Below, piece by piece: positions 29,420 through 40,509 of a stretch of 64,000 nucleotides of DNA. The notes below the pieces were generated by a model that saw nothing but the letters and a program-made list of their open reading frames with translations, was not told the DNA's origin and ran no database searches. How positions within the stretch are numbered: position 1 is the first letter of the stretch; each line of letters begins with the position of its first letter. The translations under genes were made by a program, and so were the position numbers. The stretch is from positions 352,001-416,000 of the forward strand of contig CAVTUQ010000007.1 of the NCBI GenBank assembly GCA_963737905.1, read 5' to 3'. Origin of the DNA: an uncultured delta proteobacterium. GTDB lineage: Bacteria; Desulfobacterota; Binatia; UBA9968.

Positions 29420-32400
29420 CTACGGCAGGGTTAAAGCGCCATAGTCCTGAAGGGCTCGCACTTCGAATTCATTCTGTCTCAGAAAGTCGATCCCTTCGGC
29501 AGCCGCCTCCGCGCCGGCGACAGTCGTGAAATAAGGCACCTGATAATCCAAGGCGCAGCGACGGAGGTAATAGGAATCCGCTTGTGAATAAGCATCCGTG
29601 GGAGTGTTGATTACCATGGCAATCTCGCCGTTCTTGATCTGATCCGCGATGTGCGGGCTGCCTTCTTGGACTTTGTTGACGATGTCCGCGGGAATTCCCC
29701 GCGCGATAAAATGGGCGGCCGTTCCTCGGGTCGCTACGATTTGAAAGCCGGCCCGGTGAAGTTTCTCGGCCGCTGCGGTTACAGCCTTCTTATCTTCGTC
29801 CCGCACGCTGATAAAAACCTTGCCGCTGTTAGGCAGACGCATACCGCCGCCCAACTGCGCTTTTGCGAAGGCCAAACCAAAGGAGACATCGATGCCCATG
29901 ACTTCCCCCGTCGATTTCATCTCCGGGCCCAACAGGGTATCGACGCCGGGGAATTTGTTGAATGGGAAAACCGCTTCTTTAACCGAAACATGTTTCGGAA
30001 GGACTTCAGTCCTGAAGCCGAGATCTCTGAGTTTTTTGCCGACCATGATGCGAGCGGCCAGTTTGGCTAGCGGGACGCCAATCGCTTTGCTGACAAAAGG
30101 CACCGTGCGCGATGCTCGCGGGTTGACTTCAAGAACAAAGACGTTGGTTCCCTGCACGGCAAACTGAATATTCATCAGGCCGCAAACATTCAAGGCTTTC
30201 GCCAGCGATATCGTATGCCGGCGAATTTCGTCCTGGACTTCCCGGCTAATGGATTTGGGCGGCAGGCTGCAGGCGCTGTCGCCAGAATGAACGCCAGCGC
30301 GTTCGATATGCTCCATGATGCCGCCGATCACGACCTCTTCGCCATCACCCAGAGCGTCCACGTCCAGCTCTATGGCGTCGTCAAGGAATTTGTCGATCAA
30401 AACCGGATGCTCCGGCGAAGCGGAAACGGCGTGAGTCATGTAATGCCTGAGCGCATCGCGGTCGTAGACGATCTCCATGGCTCGGCCGCCAAGCACATAG
30501 GACGGCCGAACCAGAATGGGATAGCCCAAACGCTCGGCGATCTTGAACGCCTCCTCATAGGAACGAGCGACACCATTCTCCGGCTGTTTGATGCCGAGTC
30601 GGGTCAGCAGTTTCGCAAACCTTTCTCGATCTTCGGCCAAATCGATGCTGTCCGGCGAGGTGCCGATAATTTTTACTCCAGCCCGCTCCAAAGGGAGGGC
30701 CAGCTTCAAAGGTGTTTGGCCCCCAAACTGAACGATCACCCCGTCAGGATTTTCCCGTTCCACGATGTTCAAGACCTCTTCCAGGGTGAGAGGCTCGAAA
30801 TAAAGCTTGTCCGAAGTGTCGTAATCCGTGCTGACGGTTTCTGGATTGCAGTTGACCATGATGGTTTCATAACCCTCTTCTTTGAGGGCGAAGGCTGCGT
30901 GCACACAGCAGTAATCAAACTCAATGCCTTGACCGATGCGATTGGGACCGCCGCCGAGAATCATGATTTTTTTTCGCTGGGTCGGCTTGGATTCATCCTC
31001 CCCTTCGTAGGTTGAATAAAGATACGGTGTGAAGGCGGCAAACTCAGCGCCGCAGGTATCCACGGAACAGAACACCGCTTCGATATCCTTTTCCTTGCGG
31101 AGTTTTCGGATCTCCGCTTCGGTGCTGTCCGTGAGCGTAGCAAGGCGGCCATCCGCGAAGCCCATCTGCTTCCAGGACTGTAAATTTTCGCGGCCCACCT
31201 CCGGTGCCTTGCCACGGCAAGCTTGAATCTGGTTCTCTGTCGCGATGATCTCTCCGATCTTATCGAGAAACCAAGGGTCGATGCCGGAGAGCTGATAAAT
31301 CTCTGCGGTGGTCATTCCCAATCGAAAGGCGTCACCGATATACCAAAGGCGCTGAGCATTGGGGTTCTGTAATTTCCCGCGGATGATGGGCAAGGTTTCG
31401 TCTGGACCGTCCGCCGAAGCGTTCAACTTCGACTCGAAACCATAGGAGCCGATCTCGAGGGACCGCATCGCCTTTTGCAATGATTCTTTGAACGTTCGGC
31501 CGATGGCCATGGCCTCTCCCACGGATTTCATCTGAGGAGTCAAGAGATCCTTGGCTTGGGGGAACTTTTCGAAGGTAAAGCGCGGCACCTTGACGACCAC
31601 GTAATCGATGGTCGGCTCAAAACAGGCCGGCGTCTCGCGGGTAATGTCATTGGGGATTTCATCCAGTGTGTATCCCACGGCGAGCTTCGCAGCGATCTTG
31701 GCGATGGGAAAGCCGGTGGCTTTGCTTGCCAGTGCCGAGCTGCGGGAGACACGAGGGTTCATCTCGATCACCACCATGCGCCCGTCCTTCGGGTTGACCG
31801 CAAACTGGATGTTCGACCCACCGGTATCGACCCCGATTTCGCGGATCACCCGGAGGGCGGCATCGCGCATGATTTGATACTCTTTGTCCGTTAACGTTTG
31901 CGCCGGTGCAACGGTGATCGAGTCGCCGGTGTGAACGCCCATCGGATCAAAATTCTCGATGGAACAGATGATCACCACGTTGTCCTTATGATCGCGCATT
32001 ACCTCCAACTCGAACTCTTTCCAACCGAGGACAGACTCTTCGATCAAAACTTCATGCACGGGTGAGATACTGAGGCCCGCCTGGACAACCTCTTTGAAGT
32101 CTTGTGGCCCGAAGGCAAAATTACCGCCGCTGCCGCCGAGGGTACGCGAGGCCCGGATGATGACGGGAAAATTCAGCCGTTTCTGGATGCGCATGGCATC
32201 CTTCATGCTCCTTGCGTATCCGCTGCGGGGAAGGTCCAGGCCGGCTTTGCGCATGGCCGATTTAAAAAGATCTCGATCTTCCGCCTTTTTGATCGAATCG
32301 AGCTTCGCGCCGATCATCTCGACACCGTAGCGATCCAGAATGCCACGCTCGGCCAGGTCGATGGCAAGGTTGAGCGCTGTTTGCCCTCCAAGAGTTGGCA

Positions 32401-32659
32401 GCAGCACATCGGGGCGTTCCTTTTGAATAATCTTCTCGACGATATCCGTGGTGATCGGTTCGATATACGTCCGATCGGCGAAGCCGGGGTCGGTCATGAT
32501 AGTTGCGGGATTCGAATTGACCAGAATAACTCGATAACCCTCTTCCTTGAGTGCTTTCAGTGCCTGGGTGCCCGAATAGTCGAATTCGCAGGCCTGTCCA
32601 ATAATAATTGGCCCGGAACCAATGAGGAGAATGGATTTGATGTCGGTGCGTTTGGGCAT
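29420..32659 (-). CDS. carB: carbamoyl-phosphate synthase large subunit
   Basis: [19 protein letters not shown], duplicated ATP-grasp domains, MGS domain. Confidence 0.98.
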   Translation of the reverse strand: MPKRTDIKSILLIGSGPIIIGQACEFDYSGTQALKALKEEGYRVILVNSNPATIMTDPGFADRTYIEPITTDIVEKIIQKERPDVLLPTLGGQTALNLAIDLAERGILDRYGVEMIGAKLDSIKKAEDRDLFKSAMRKAGLDLPRSGYARSMKDAMRIQKRLNFPVIIRASRTLGGSGGNFAFGPQDFKEVVQAGLSISPVHEVLIEESVLGWKEFELEVMRDHKDNVVIICSIENFDPMGVHTGDSITVAPAQTLTDKEYQIMRDAALRVIREIGVDTGGSNIQFAVNPKDGRMVVIEMNPRVSRSSALASKATGFPIAKIAAKLAVGYTLDEIPNDITRETPACFEPTIDYVVVKVPRFTFEKFPQAKDLLTPQMKSVGEAMAIGRTFKESLQKAMRSLEIGSYGFESKLNASADGPDETLPIIRGKLQNPNAQRLWYIGDAFRLGMTTAEIYQLSGIDPWFLDKIGEIIATENQIQACRGKAPEVGRENLQSWKQMGFADGRLATLTDSTEAEIRKLRKEKDIEAVFCSVDTCGAEFAAFTPYLYSTYEGEDESKPTQRKKIMILGGGPNRIGQGIEFDYCCVHAAFALKEEGYETIMVNCNPETVSTDYDTSDKLYFEPLTLEEVLNIVERENPDGVIVQFGGQTPLKLALPLERAGVKIIGTSPDSIDLAEDRERFAKLLTRLGIKQPENGVARSYEEAFKIAERLGYPILVRPSYVLGGRAMEIVYDRDALRHYMTHAVSASPEHPVLIDKFLDDAIELDVDALGDGEEVVIGGIMEHIERAGVHSGDSACSLPPKSISREVQDEIRRHTISLAKALNVCGLMNIQFAVQGTNVFVLEVNPRASRTVPFVSKAIGVPLAKLAARIMVGKKLRDLGFRTEVLPKHVSVKEAVFPFNKFPGVDTLLGPEMKSTGEVMGIDVSFGLAFAKAQLGGGMRLPNSGKVFISVRDEDKKAVTAAAEKLHRAGFQIVATRGTAAHFIARGIPADIVNKVQEGSPHIADQIKNGEIAMVINTPTDAYSQADSYYLRRCALDYQVPYFTTVAGAEAAAEGIDFLRQNEFEVRALQDYGALTLP

Positions 32660-32668
32660 GGATTGCTT

Positions 32669-33838
32669 TTACGCGCGGTGCCTCGCCATCAAATCCATGA
32701 AGCGACGGAAGAGATAATTCGCGTCATGCGGTCCCGGCGAAGATTCGGGATGATACTGCACGGAAAAGATGGGCAGGTCCCGGTGCGCTAAGCCCTCCAC
32801 TGTGTTGTCATTGAGGTTTAGATGCGTCACCTCCGCCGCCCCTTTGAGGGAATCGGCGTCCACCGCGAAACCGTGGTTCTGTGCGGTGATTTCTACTTTC
32901 CGCGTCGTCAGGTCCATCACTGGTTGATTGCCGCCATGGTGACCGAACTTGAGCTTGTAGGTCTTGCCGCCCAGGGCGAGCCCCATGATCTGATGACCGA
33001 GGCATATCCCGAAAATCGGCTTTTTGCCGATCAACTTCTGGACATTCTCTTTGGCGTAGGGCACAGCATCAGGATCACCGGGGCCGTTGGAAAGAAAAAT
33101 GCCGTCGGGATTCATCGCCAGCACGTCTTCGGCTGGCATCGCAGCCGGAACTACTTTCACCCGACAACCCGACTCGGCCAGGTTGCGGAGAATGTTGAAC
33201 TTGATCCCATAATCGTAGGCCACGACAAAAAAAGCGGGAGCCCGAAAGGAGCCCGCTTTCTTACCTCTCCTCTTCGTGGCAACGTCGCGCTTTTTGTAAC
33301 CCTCTCCCAGATCCCACATCCCTTCATTCCAATCATAGGAGTTCCCACAGGTCACGTTGCGTACCAGATCGAGTCCAACGAGTCCGGGGGATCCGTTAGC
33401 TTTGGCGACGAGCGCATTGGAATCACTCTCTGATGTGGAAATGATCGCCTCTTGCGAGCCGTGATCACGCAGATGACGCACAAGGGAGCGCGTGTCGATA
33501 CCTTCGATGCCCACGATTCCATGACGTTTCATGTATTCATGAAGCGGTTCGCTAGAGCGCCAGTTGCTGGGCTGGAACGTATACTCTTTGACGATGAATC
33601 CTTTCACGAACGGTTGCCTGGATTCGACATCCTCTGGGTTTACGCCGACGTTGCCGATCTGCGGGTAGGTCATCGCCACCAGTTGACCCTCGTAAGACGG
33701 GTCGGTGAGAATTTCCTGATAGCCGGTCATGCTGGTATTGAAAACCACTTCGCCCACCACCTCGCCTTCGGCGCCAAAGGAAAGGCCCTGGTAATACCGG
33801 CCATCGGCGAGTGCTAGTATGGCGGTTCTTCTTGTCAT
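32669..33838 (-). CDS. carA: carbamoyl-phosphate synthase small subunit
   Basis: [33 protein letters not shown]; ATGA overlap with the upstream fusion gene. Confidence 0.97.
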   Translation of the reverse strand: MTRRTAILALADGRYYQGLSFGAEGEVVGEVVFNTSMTGYQEILTDPSYEGQLVAMTYPQIGNVGVNPEDVESRQPFVKGFIVKEYTFQPSNWRSSEPLHEYMKRHGIVGIEGIDTRSLVRHLRDHGSQEAIISTSESDSNALVAKANGSPGLVGLDLVRNVTCGNSYDWNEGMWDLGEGYKKRDVATKRRGKKAGSFRAPAFFVVAYDYGIKFNILRNLAESGCRVKVVPAAMPAEDVLAMNPDGIFLSNGPGDPDAVPYAKENVQKLIGKKPIFGICLGHQIMGLALGGKTYKLKFGHHGGNQPVMDLTTRKVEITAQNHGFAVDADSLKGAAEVTHLNLNDNTVEGLAHRDLPIFSVQYHPESSPGPHDANYLFRRFMDLMARHRA

Positions 33839-35766
33839 CGGGCTTTCCATTCTATCGTCTCAGTCGGGCTGATGATCGAATAAATCACCACCTTATCTTT
33901 CTCGTCGTGCTCCGCCTCGCGCAATTTCACCCGCACTCGCTCTCGTTCTGAGCTTGGGATGTTCTTGCCGACATAATTCGGTCGCACCGGTAGTTCTCTG
34001 TGCCCACGATCGATCAACACAGCCAGGCGCACCGATTGCGGGCGGCCCGATCTGAAAATAATCGTCAGCGCGTTTTTGACAGTTCTCCCGGTATAGATGA
34101 CATCATCAACCAAAATGATCGTTCGATCCTTTAGGCTCATCGGACCGGCTTCGGTGTCGTTGGGTGAGATTCTTCGAAGCTCGTCGCCGGAACCATAAAT
34201 TTCGATCTCGCCCACTTCCGGTTTGCGCTTCTGTTGGTGCTCCAACTCCGTGGCAATCCGTTGCGCGAGCAAGGAGCCCTTGGTACGAATGCCGAGGATG
34301 AGCAGTCGATCGAGATCGTTGTGGTCCCGCGCGATCTGCCGGCTGATTTCCTTCACGGCCGATTGAATTTCATCCTCGTCCATGACGGTTCTCTGGGGCC
34401 CGCTTTTATACGGCTCGTAACCTAATTCTTCCGCTTCTTTGATGGAATTGAAGATCGCCAGCTCTTTTTTCTTTAGCCATTCCTTGACCGTGTCGGCCAA
34501 TCCGGTGTGATAGGTGCAATAACGCTTGGACTTCACGTGGCCGACGAGCTGCACCCTGAAACGATGATCGCAGTAAATGCAGCGCAGCATCAAGGCCCCG
34601 CCGGCCCCGGAGAAAAGAATATCAAATCTCTTCCGCGTGGAGACCGCTTCCGTGACGGTAATGCAATTGACGTTGGCACATTGCGGGCCGAATCGTTCAG
34701 GACTCTCATACCGGGCCCTGTTTCGTTTGCCTGATGTTTCTTTGCCTTCACGGTGGTTAAAAAGAAATTTGAGCAGAGCCATTCGGACCGGAACACCGTA
34801 GGCCGCCTGTTTGAAGTAAATTCCTCTGCGGTCTTTATCGACCTCCGGGGAAAGCTCATCCACGCGGGGCAGCGGATGCATGACCACTGTATTCTTGAAG
34901 CGTTGTTCGCGAAGAAATCCGGGACCGATGGTCGGATAGCTCCCACCGGTCGTCCCCTCCTTCATGCGCTCCTTTTGCTTTCGCGTCATGTAAAACGCGT
35001 CATAGCGCAAACCGGAAACCATTGAGCTCAAGCGGCTTTGAACGGCTAAATCGACCTCAGTAAAAAGAGCCAACTGATGAGGCTGCTTAGGGGTCAAATA
35101 AAGGGCGTCGGTCTCGGTTACAACGGCGCTTAGATCATCGGAGGCGACCGGCGCCAATGAATAACCGTATTCCCTCTCCAGACGTTCGAGCACGTATTGC
35201 GGGAGTTCCATGCCATTGGCCGCGAGCGTCACTATGTTCGCTTCGAAGCGAGCAAGGGCGCAAACAAGAGAATGTATCGTTCTGCCGTTTTTAAGGTCGC
35301 CGCAGATCACGACCGTTAGGCCCTTCAGTTCGCCTTTTTCCTTTTTCAGGGTGTACAGATCGCAGAGGGTCTGCGTCGGATGCTCGTGAGCCCCGTCTCC
35401 GGCATTGATCACAGGGACATCGGCATACTCGGCCATGGCTTGCACGGCCCCGTCCCAGTAATGGCGTACCACGAGCACGTCTGCGTAACTCGAAACGACC
35501 CGGGCGGTGTCGGCAACCGTTTCGCCCTTCGCTGTCGATGAAGCTCGCATATCCGAACAGCTGATCACCGAGCCGCCGAGACGTTGCATGGCCGACTCGA
35601 AGGAAAGCCGCGTGCGGGTGCTGGGTTCGTAAAAGAGCGTAGCCATAATCTGCCCAACGGCCACTTTGTCGCTCCTGAGCTTGGGCGCGGAATCCGCCAG
35701 ATCGAAAATCTCCTCGATCTCGTCATTGCTCAGATCAGCAATCGATATAAGGTTTCGCCAGGACAT
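33835..35766 (-). CDS. pyrB: aspartate carbamoyltransferase fused to a PyrI-like Zn-binding domain and a PyrR-like PRTase domain
   Basis: [21 protein letters not shown]; then CANVNC..RCIYC; then [25 protein letters not shown]. Confidence 0.9.
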   Translation of the reverse strand: MSWRNLISIADLSNDEIEEIFDLADSAPKLRSDKVAVGQIMATLFYEPSTRTRLSFESAMQRLGGSVISCSDMRASSTAKGETVADTARVVSSYADVLVVRHYWDGAVQAMAEYADVPVINAGDGAHEHPTQTLCDLYTLKKEKGELKGLTVVICGDLKNGRTIHSLVCALARFEANIVTLAANGMELPQYVLERLEREYGYSLAPVASDDLSAVVTETDALYLTPKQPHQLALFTEVDLAVQSRLSSMVSGLRYDAFYMTRKQKERMKEGTTGGSYPTIGPGFLREQRFKNTVVMHPLPRVDELSPEVDKDRRGIYFKQAAYGVPVRMALLKFLFNHREGKETSGKRNRARYESPERFGPQCANVNCITVTEAVSTRKRFDILFSGAGGALMLRCIYCDHRFRVQLVGHVKSKRYCTYHTGLADTVKEWLKKKELAIFNSIKEAEELGYEPYKSGPQRTVMDEDEIQSAVKEISRQIARDHNDLDRLLILGIRTKGSLLAQRIATELEHQQKRKPEVGEIEIYGSGDELRRISPNDTEAGPMSLKDRTIILVDDVIYTGRTVKNALTIIFRSGRPQSVRLAVLIDRGHRELPVRPNYVGKNIPSSERERVRVKLREAEHDEKDKVVIYSIISPTETIEWKAR

Positions 35767-35777
35767 CGTCTGAATCT

Positions 35778-36335
35778 TTACACCGCGGTTTTTGTCTTCC
35801 AGCGGACGACGGCAACTCGGTCGATCCCATCACATTCTTCAAGCATCACATTAATTCTTTCATCTTCCCCTGCCTCCACATTCTTGCCGACAATATCCGC
35901 TCGAATCGGCAGCTCCCGGGCGCCGCGATCTATCAGAACAGCAACCAGGATGCGCTTCGGCTGTCCAAGCCGGCCAACAGCTTCCAGGGCCGCCCGGATC
36001 GTGCGGCCACGAAAGATCACGTCATCTACCAATACAACGGTCTTGTCGTCGACAGCGACCGGAACTTCAAAAGGGACGACGGCCGCAGCGGCCAAGTCAT
36101 GGGTTCGGTCATCTCGATATTGACTAATGTCGATGACGCCGACGGGAGGAATCGTTTTGGTGACCGCCTCGATCTTTCTCGCTATGCGCCGGGCCAGATG
36201 CACGCCGCGGGAACGAATGCCGATGAGCGCCAGCTCGTTGGGGGTCGTTGTTTTCTCGACGACCTCATGGGCCATACGGCTGAGGGTTCTACTCAGTTCC
36301 TCTGGCTCTAACAAAATCTGTGTCTCTTGGGTCAT
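35778..36335 (-). CDS. pyrR: pyrimidine operon attenuation regulator PyrR
   Basis: RMAHEV, GIRSRG, DISQYRDD, LVDDVIFRGRT, RELPIRAD. Confidence 0.9.
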   Translation of the reverse strand: MTQETQILLEPEELSRTLSRMAHEVVEKTTTPNELALIGIRSRGVHLARRIARKIEAVTKTIPPVGVIDISQYRDDRTHDLAAAAVVPFEVPVAVDDKTVVLVDDVIFRGRTIRAALEAVGRLGQPKRILVAVLIDRGARELPIRADIVGKNVEAGEDERINVMLEECDGIDRVAVVRWKTKTAV

Positions 36336-36339
36336 GATC

Positions 36340-36374
36340 AAAAAAAAGACCCCCTCGGGAATCCGAGAGAGTCT
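36340..36374 (-). terminator. attenuator terminator of the pyr leader, overlapping the pyrR RBS
   Basis: Minus strand hairpin AGACTCTCTCGG-ATTC-CCGAGGGGGTCT followed by a T run. Confidence 0.85.
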
Positions 36375-36413
36375 AATGCATTACCGTCTATTAGGATTAC
36401 TTTCGTCATGCAA

Positions 36414-36446
36414 CCTTTTCCGATCTCACAGGATCGAGTTAAAAGG
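36414..36446 (-). promoter_or_regulatory. PyrR-binding RNA element
   Basis: Minus strand CCTTTTAACTCGATCCTGTGAGATCGGAAAAGG fits the CUUUAA...UCCNGNGAG..AAGG PyrR binding loop; upstream of pyrR. Confidence 0.82.
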
Positions 36447-36512
36447 AATAATCTTTTGTAGCGTGCGCGGCAGTGAAAGTCAATTGGGATCGCATGCGAA
36501 GGTAGTAACTCA

Positions 36513-36576
36513 TCTCCTTCACTTCGTTCAGAATGGACAACCAGTCAAATGTCATTCTGAGCAGAGCGAAGAATCT
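36513..36576. repeat. REP-like inverted repeat pair
   Basis: CCTTCACTTCGTTCAGAATGGACA ... TGTCATTCTGAGCAGAGCGAAGAATCT. Confidence 0.6.
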
Positions 36577-36629
36577 TTCTTTGTCCGGTTCAGTTTAACC
36601 GGCTGCCGTTCGCAAACGAGTCACTAGCT

Positions 36630-37125
36630 TTACACGGGCAATTCGATGATCTCAGCGTTGATTTGCTTATTTTGAATGAAAAGCCTTCCCACCGCGACGG
36701 GCAATTTGAATCGTCTCGGTCCGGCGCTTCCGGGATTCAAGTAGAGAACACCGTTGCGTGTCGATACTGAAGGGTTGTGGGAATGGCCGCTGACGACGAC
36801 CTGATAGCCTCGCGCGGCGGGATCGCAATCCAGCTCCTTCACGTTGTGAATGATGAACAGCCGCTTACCGCCCGCCCGTACCAACTTGGTATCCGGTAAA
36901 GGCTTGGCCCAAATTCCCGTATCGTTATTTCCTTTGATGGCGACCACCGGAGCAACGACTTTCAAGGCGCTCAATGACTTCGGGCTTTCCGATGTCGCCG
37001 GCGTGGAGAATAAGCTCGACGCCCTGAAGAGCCTCGAGAGCCTGCGGCCGTATCAAGCCATGGGTGTCGGAAATAAGGCCGATCACATGGAGATCGATTT
37101 GCTTTTTTGTTCGTGCACGAGACAA
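36630..37125 (-). CDS. YfcE-type metallophosphoesterase (one frameshift near 36968)
   Basis: ISDTHG and HAGDIG in one frame; GNND, GHSH and NPGSAGP in the next. Confidence 0.85.
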
Positions 37126-37205
37126 AAGAAACTCGTCAAGTAATAATTGGGTTGATTTGAGTTTTGCGGTGACCCTATACTAACTTTGACAAGTAGGGAG
37201 GTGTT

Positions 37206-37713
37206 ATGTTCCCTCATCTCAAAGGCTTCAGTCTTCAACAGTGGATCGATGAGAACCGCGGCAACTGGGGACAGCGCAGAGTCATTTGGGAAAATTCGGA
37301 CTTCATTGCTTTTGTTACCCGAGGTCCCAACCGGCGCAAAGATTTTCACATCAACCCTGGAGATGAGATCTTCTACCAACTCGAAGGCGAACTCAATCTC
37401 CATTATCTTGGGAAGGATGGTAAATCGGAGCTCGCTCGTTTTAAAGGCCGGGGACTTATTTCTTCTGCCGGCCAACATTCCCCATTCGCCGCGGCGCGCC
37501 GACGGTTCGTGGACCTTTGTCGTCGAGCGAACACGCCAAGCGAAGGAGCAGGACCGGTTTATCTGGATTTGCGAAGAGTGCGGCGATACGTTGCACGAGA
37601 CCACCGTCCGTTTCGACGAACCCTCCGACGCGGTTGCCACAGCAACCGCTGCGATGAAGGCCGACCCCAAGCTGGCCACCTGTAATCGGTGCGGAGGGAT
37701 TTTGGAGTTATGA
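37206..37713 (+). CDS. nbaC: 3-hydroxyanthranilate 3,4-dioxygenase (one frameshift near 37438)
   Basis: GPNRRKDFHINPGDEIFYQLEG, then PHSPRR, VVER and CEEC..CNRC rubredoxin-like site in the next frame. Confidence 0.85.
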
Positions 37714-37718
37714 AAGTT

Positions 37719-37827
37719 CGTCATGCCCCGGAAGGCATGTCCTGAGCCGCGTCGAAGGGCGGGCATCCAGGTCGCAAGCACGGGGCAAAAGTTTTTGAGA
37801 CTGGATTCCGTTTTCACGGGAATGACG
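37719..37827. repeat. REP-like palindrome between convergent genes (probable bidirectional terminator)
   Basis: CGTCATGCCC..[CCTGAGCCGCGTCGAAGG]..GCGGGCATCCAG ... CTGGATTCCG..CGGGAATGACG. Confidence 0.7.
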
Positions 37828-37850
37828 GCGGATTACGAAGGTGCTTCGGA

Positions 37851-40178
37851 TCACAAATCTTTTTTCTGGCAGACTAACCAGCTTGCTGCTTTGCTTGTAA
37901 TTGCCCGCCAAACATTAGGCGGTGTTAACGGTAGTGTTTGGATTCTTACTCCAACGGCTCGCGACACCGCGTTGGCGATGGCCGATGCCACTGGAAGCAG
38001 CCCACCTTCACCGAGCCCTTTCGAACCGAACGGGCCCGGGCCATTGCCGTTTTCGATCAGGATCGTTTGCAAGTGTTGCGGTAGGTCTTCAAACATAGGC
38101 ACTCGATAATCAACGAGATTGGGATTCAATAACTGGCCATCCTCGTAAACCATTTCCTCCATCAAGGTATGGCCGATGCCAAACATTACGGCGCCCTCAT
38201 CTTGACCGATACACTGATCGGGGTTGATGGCCTTGCCGGCATCTGCCGCTGAGACGTATTTGAGTAGACGAATCACCCCGGTTTCTGGATCTACTTCGAC
38301 TTCGACAGCGCCCCAGCCGATCTCCCAAAACGTTGTCGTGGAACCCAAGATCGCCTTTTTGCTCCTTTTGTCTTTATAGAGCCCTTTACCTATGATTTCT
38401 CCCGCTTTGCTGCCAAAAAAATCTACAATCACTTTACCATAAGGAACACCTTCGCCCTCGCCTAAATGAACTTTTCCCTGGTGAAGCGCGAGGTGATCAA
38501 CTTTTTGTTTCAGCACTTTCGCGGCGCACTGGAGCAATTGCTTTTTTGCGTCCTGCGCCGCCCGTTGCACCGCTGTGCCCATGACAACCATCGAACTGCT
38601 CGCACTCGTGGAGATATCGTAGGGTGTCATGTCGGTATCGAGTTGCGCCACGGTGATTTGATCCAGGTTTATGGCAAGCTCCTCTGCCACGACTTGGCTG
38701 AGCGCCGTTCGCGGGCCCTGGCCCACTTCGACAGTACCGGTGAGAAGCACCACGCTGCCGTCCGACGACATTTTCACCGTAGCGCCGGCAACTTTGTAAG
38801 TCCCGCCGGCGTCTTTCATGCAGCAGCTGATGCCTTTCGCACTATTGGGTTTCGTGCTCTTCTGCCGCCAATTGATGGCGTCGGCAACTTTCACTAGACC
38901 TTCCTTCAGATCGCAATCCACCGGAGTGTCACCCGCAGTGTAAAGATCGCCCTTCTTGAGGAGGTTTTTGACGCGAAAGTCCAAAGGATCGATACCAAGC
39001 CGCTCGGCAATCATGTCCATTTGAGATTCATAGGCCCAGGTCACCTGCAGCGCGCCAAAACCTCGGAACGCACCCGCCGGAACCGTATTTGTATAAACCC
39101 CGTAAGCTTCAACCTTTGCCTGAGGGGTTTTGTAAGGGCCTAAAGAACGGTAGCCAGCTTTCTGTGTTACCCGAGGTCCCGCGTCGGCATAGGCTCCGGT
39201 GTCCATATAGACTTGGCATTCTCGAGCGACCAACCGACCGTCTTTCGTCACTCCGGTCTTAACCGTTACCCGCGCCGGATGGCGAGTCACGGTCTTGAAG
39301 CTTTCGCTGACGGATAGTGCGAGCTTTACCGGCCGCTGGGTCTTCCACGACAGCGCCGCTGCGATGGGCTCCGCCTTGACGTAGAGCTTGCCGCCGTATC
39401 CTCCGCCCACATAGGGAACGATAACCCGAACGCGGCTAAGCGGCAGCCGAAAGATTCCCGACAAATGGTCCCGGAGTGTAAACGGATCCTGGCATGAGGC
39501 CCAAACTGTAAGCTTATCGCCATCATAGTAGGCAATGTTAATGTGCGGCTCTAAGGAATAGTGCTGTACCTTCTGGAATCGAAATGTGTCCTCGAACACA
39601 AAATCAGACTCAGCGAAACCTTTCTCCACATCGCCGCGATTGAATCCAAGGTAATAACAAATATTGGTGCCATTAAATCTTTCAGGCGTCCCGTAAACCG
39701 AGCCGCGCAGCTCCGCCCGGGCGACGTCGCCTTCGTGGACCTGGATGGCACCCGGCCGGATGGCTTCTTCTATATCCGTAACCTTGGGCAACTCGTCGTA
39801 TTCCACTTCGATAAGATCCAAAGCTTCGTCCGCAAGCGCCGGGTCTTCGGCGACAACGGCAGCCACCGGATCGCCGACGTATCTCACCTTGTCCACAGCG
39901 ACGATGGATTGATCTTTGTAGGTCGCGCCGTATTTGTAATTGAATTCCTTGATGTCGTCTCGGGTGAGAGTGGCGATGACGCCGGTCAACTGTTGGGCCT
40001 TGGAAGCATCCACTTTCACCAAGCGGGCATGCGCCACGGGGCTGCGCAGAATCTTGGCGTAGGCCATCCCGGGCAACTGCAGATCGCCGGTATAGAGCGC
40101 CTTGCCGGTGACTTTTTCGATGCCGTCGACCCGGCGCGCATTTTTCCCGGCAACGTTGAAGCTATGCGTCGTTTTCAT
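37851..40178 (-). CDS. xanthine dehydrogenase family molybdopterin-binding large subunit
   Basis: KVTGKALY, GGGYGGK, GAFRGFG, GQG, KGLGE; lacks the CODH AYxCSFR motif. Confidence 0.9.
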   Translation of the reverse strand: MKTTHSFNVAGKNARRVDGIEKVTGKALYTGDLQLPGMAYAKILRSPVAHARLVKVDASKAQQLTGVIATLTRDDIKEFNYKYGATYKDQSIVAVDKVRYVGDPVAAVVAEDPALADEALDLIEVEYDELPKVTDIEEAIRPGAIQVHEGDVARAELRGSVYGTPERFNGTNICYYLGFNRGDVEKGFAESDFVFEDTFRFQKVQHYSLEPHINIAYYDGDKLTVWASCQDPFTLRDHLSGIFRLPLSRVRVIVPYVGGGYGGKLYVKAEPIAAALSWKTQRPVKLALSVSESFKTVTRHPARVTVKTGVTKDGRLVARECQVYMDTGAYADAGPRVTQKAGYRSLGPYKTPQAKVEAYGVYTNTVPAGAFRGFGALQVTWAYESQMDMIAERLGIDPLDFRVKNLLKKGDLYTAGDTPVDCDLKEGLVKVADAINWRQKSTKPNSAKGISCCMKDAGGTYKVAGATVKMSSDGSVVLLTGTVEVGQGPRTALSQVVAEELAINLDQITVAQLDTDMTPYDISTSASSSMVVMGTAVQRAAQDAKKQLLQCAAKVLKQKVDHLALHQGKVHLGEGEGVPYGKVIVDFFGSKAGEIIGKGLYKDKRSKKAILGSTTTFWEIGWGAVEVEVDPETGVIRLLKYVSAADAGKAINPDQCIGQDEGAVMFGIGHTLMEEMVYEDGQLLNPNLVDYRVPMFEDLPQHLQTILIENGNGPGPFGSKGLGEGGLLPVASAIANAVSRAVGVRIQTLPLTPPNVWRAITSKAASWLVCQKKDL

Positions 40179-40422
40179 TCAATGGAGGCTCAGATAACAA
40201 ACGGCCCGGTACCTTCGGCGCGGTGGCTGATGGCGCTACTTACGAATCTTCGGACTGTCTTTTTCCGGAAAATAGAGATTGCAGTACGGACAATGAAAAT
40301 CCATTCCCGAACCTAACATATGCGGATTGACAACAAATATTTTCTTGCACGTTGGACATGTAACTTCTACTGCCTGACCCATCGCCTACCTCGCAATCAT
40401 CTTGATTTTGAAAAATTCAATT

Positions 40423-40478
40423 AACCGCAAAGAACACATAGACCTCTTTCCTCTGCGTCCTTTGCGTTCTCTGCGGTA
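40423..40478. repeat. nonamer-repeat hairpin downstream of the UbiD gene
   Basis: AACCGCAAAGAACACATAGA ... CTCTGCGTCCTTTGCGTTCTCTGCGGT. Confidence 0.55.
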
Positions 40479-40509
40479 AAATTCTTCTCTTCTCTCTTTT
40501 GTTTCGCAA

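Noticed and set aside
22045-31015. Long antisense ORFs (e.g. 22045-22914, 26131-26901, 30215-31015)
   Set aside because: They are shadows of well-conserved genes on the opposite strand in GC-rich DNA and have no recognisable motifs.
14418-40178. Aerobic CO dehydrogenase system (coxD/E-like genes plus Mo large subunit)
   Set aside because: The large subunit has AFRGFG rather than AYxCSFR, there is no coxM/S, and the genes are over 20 kb apart.
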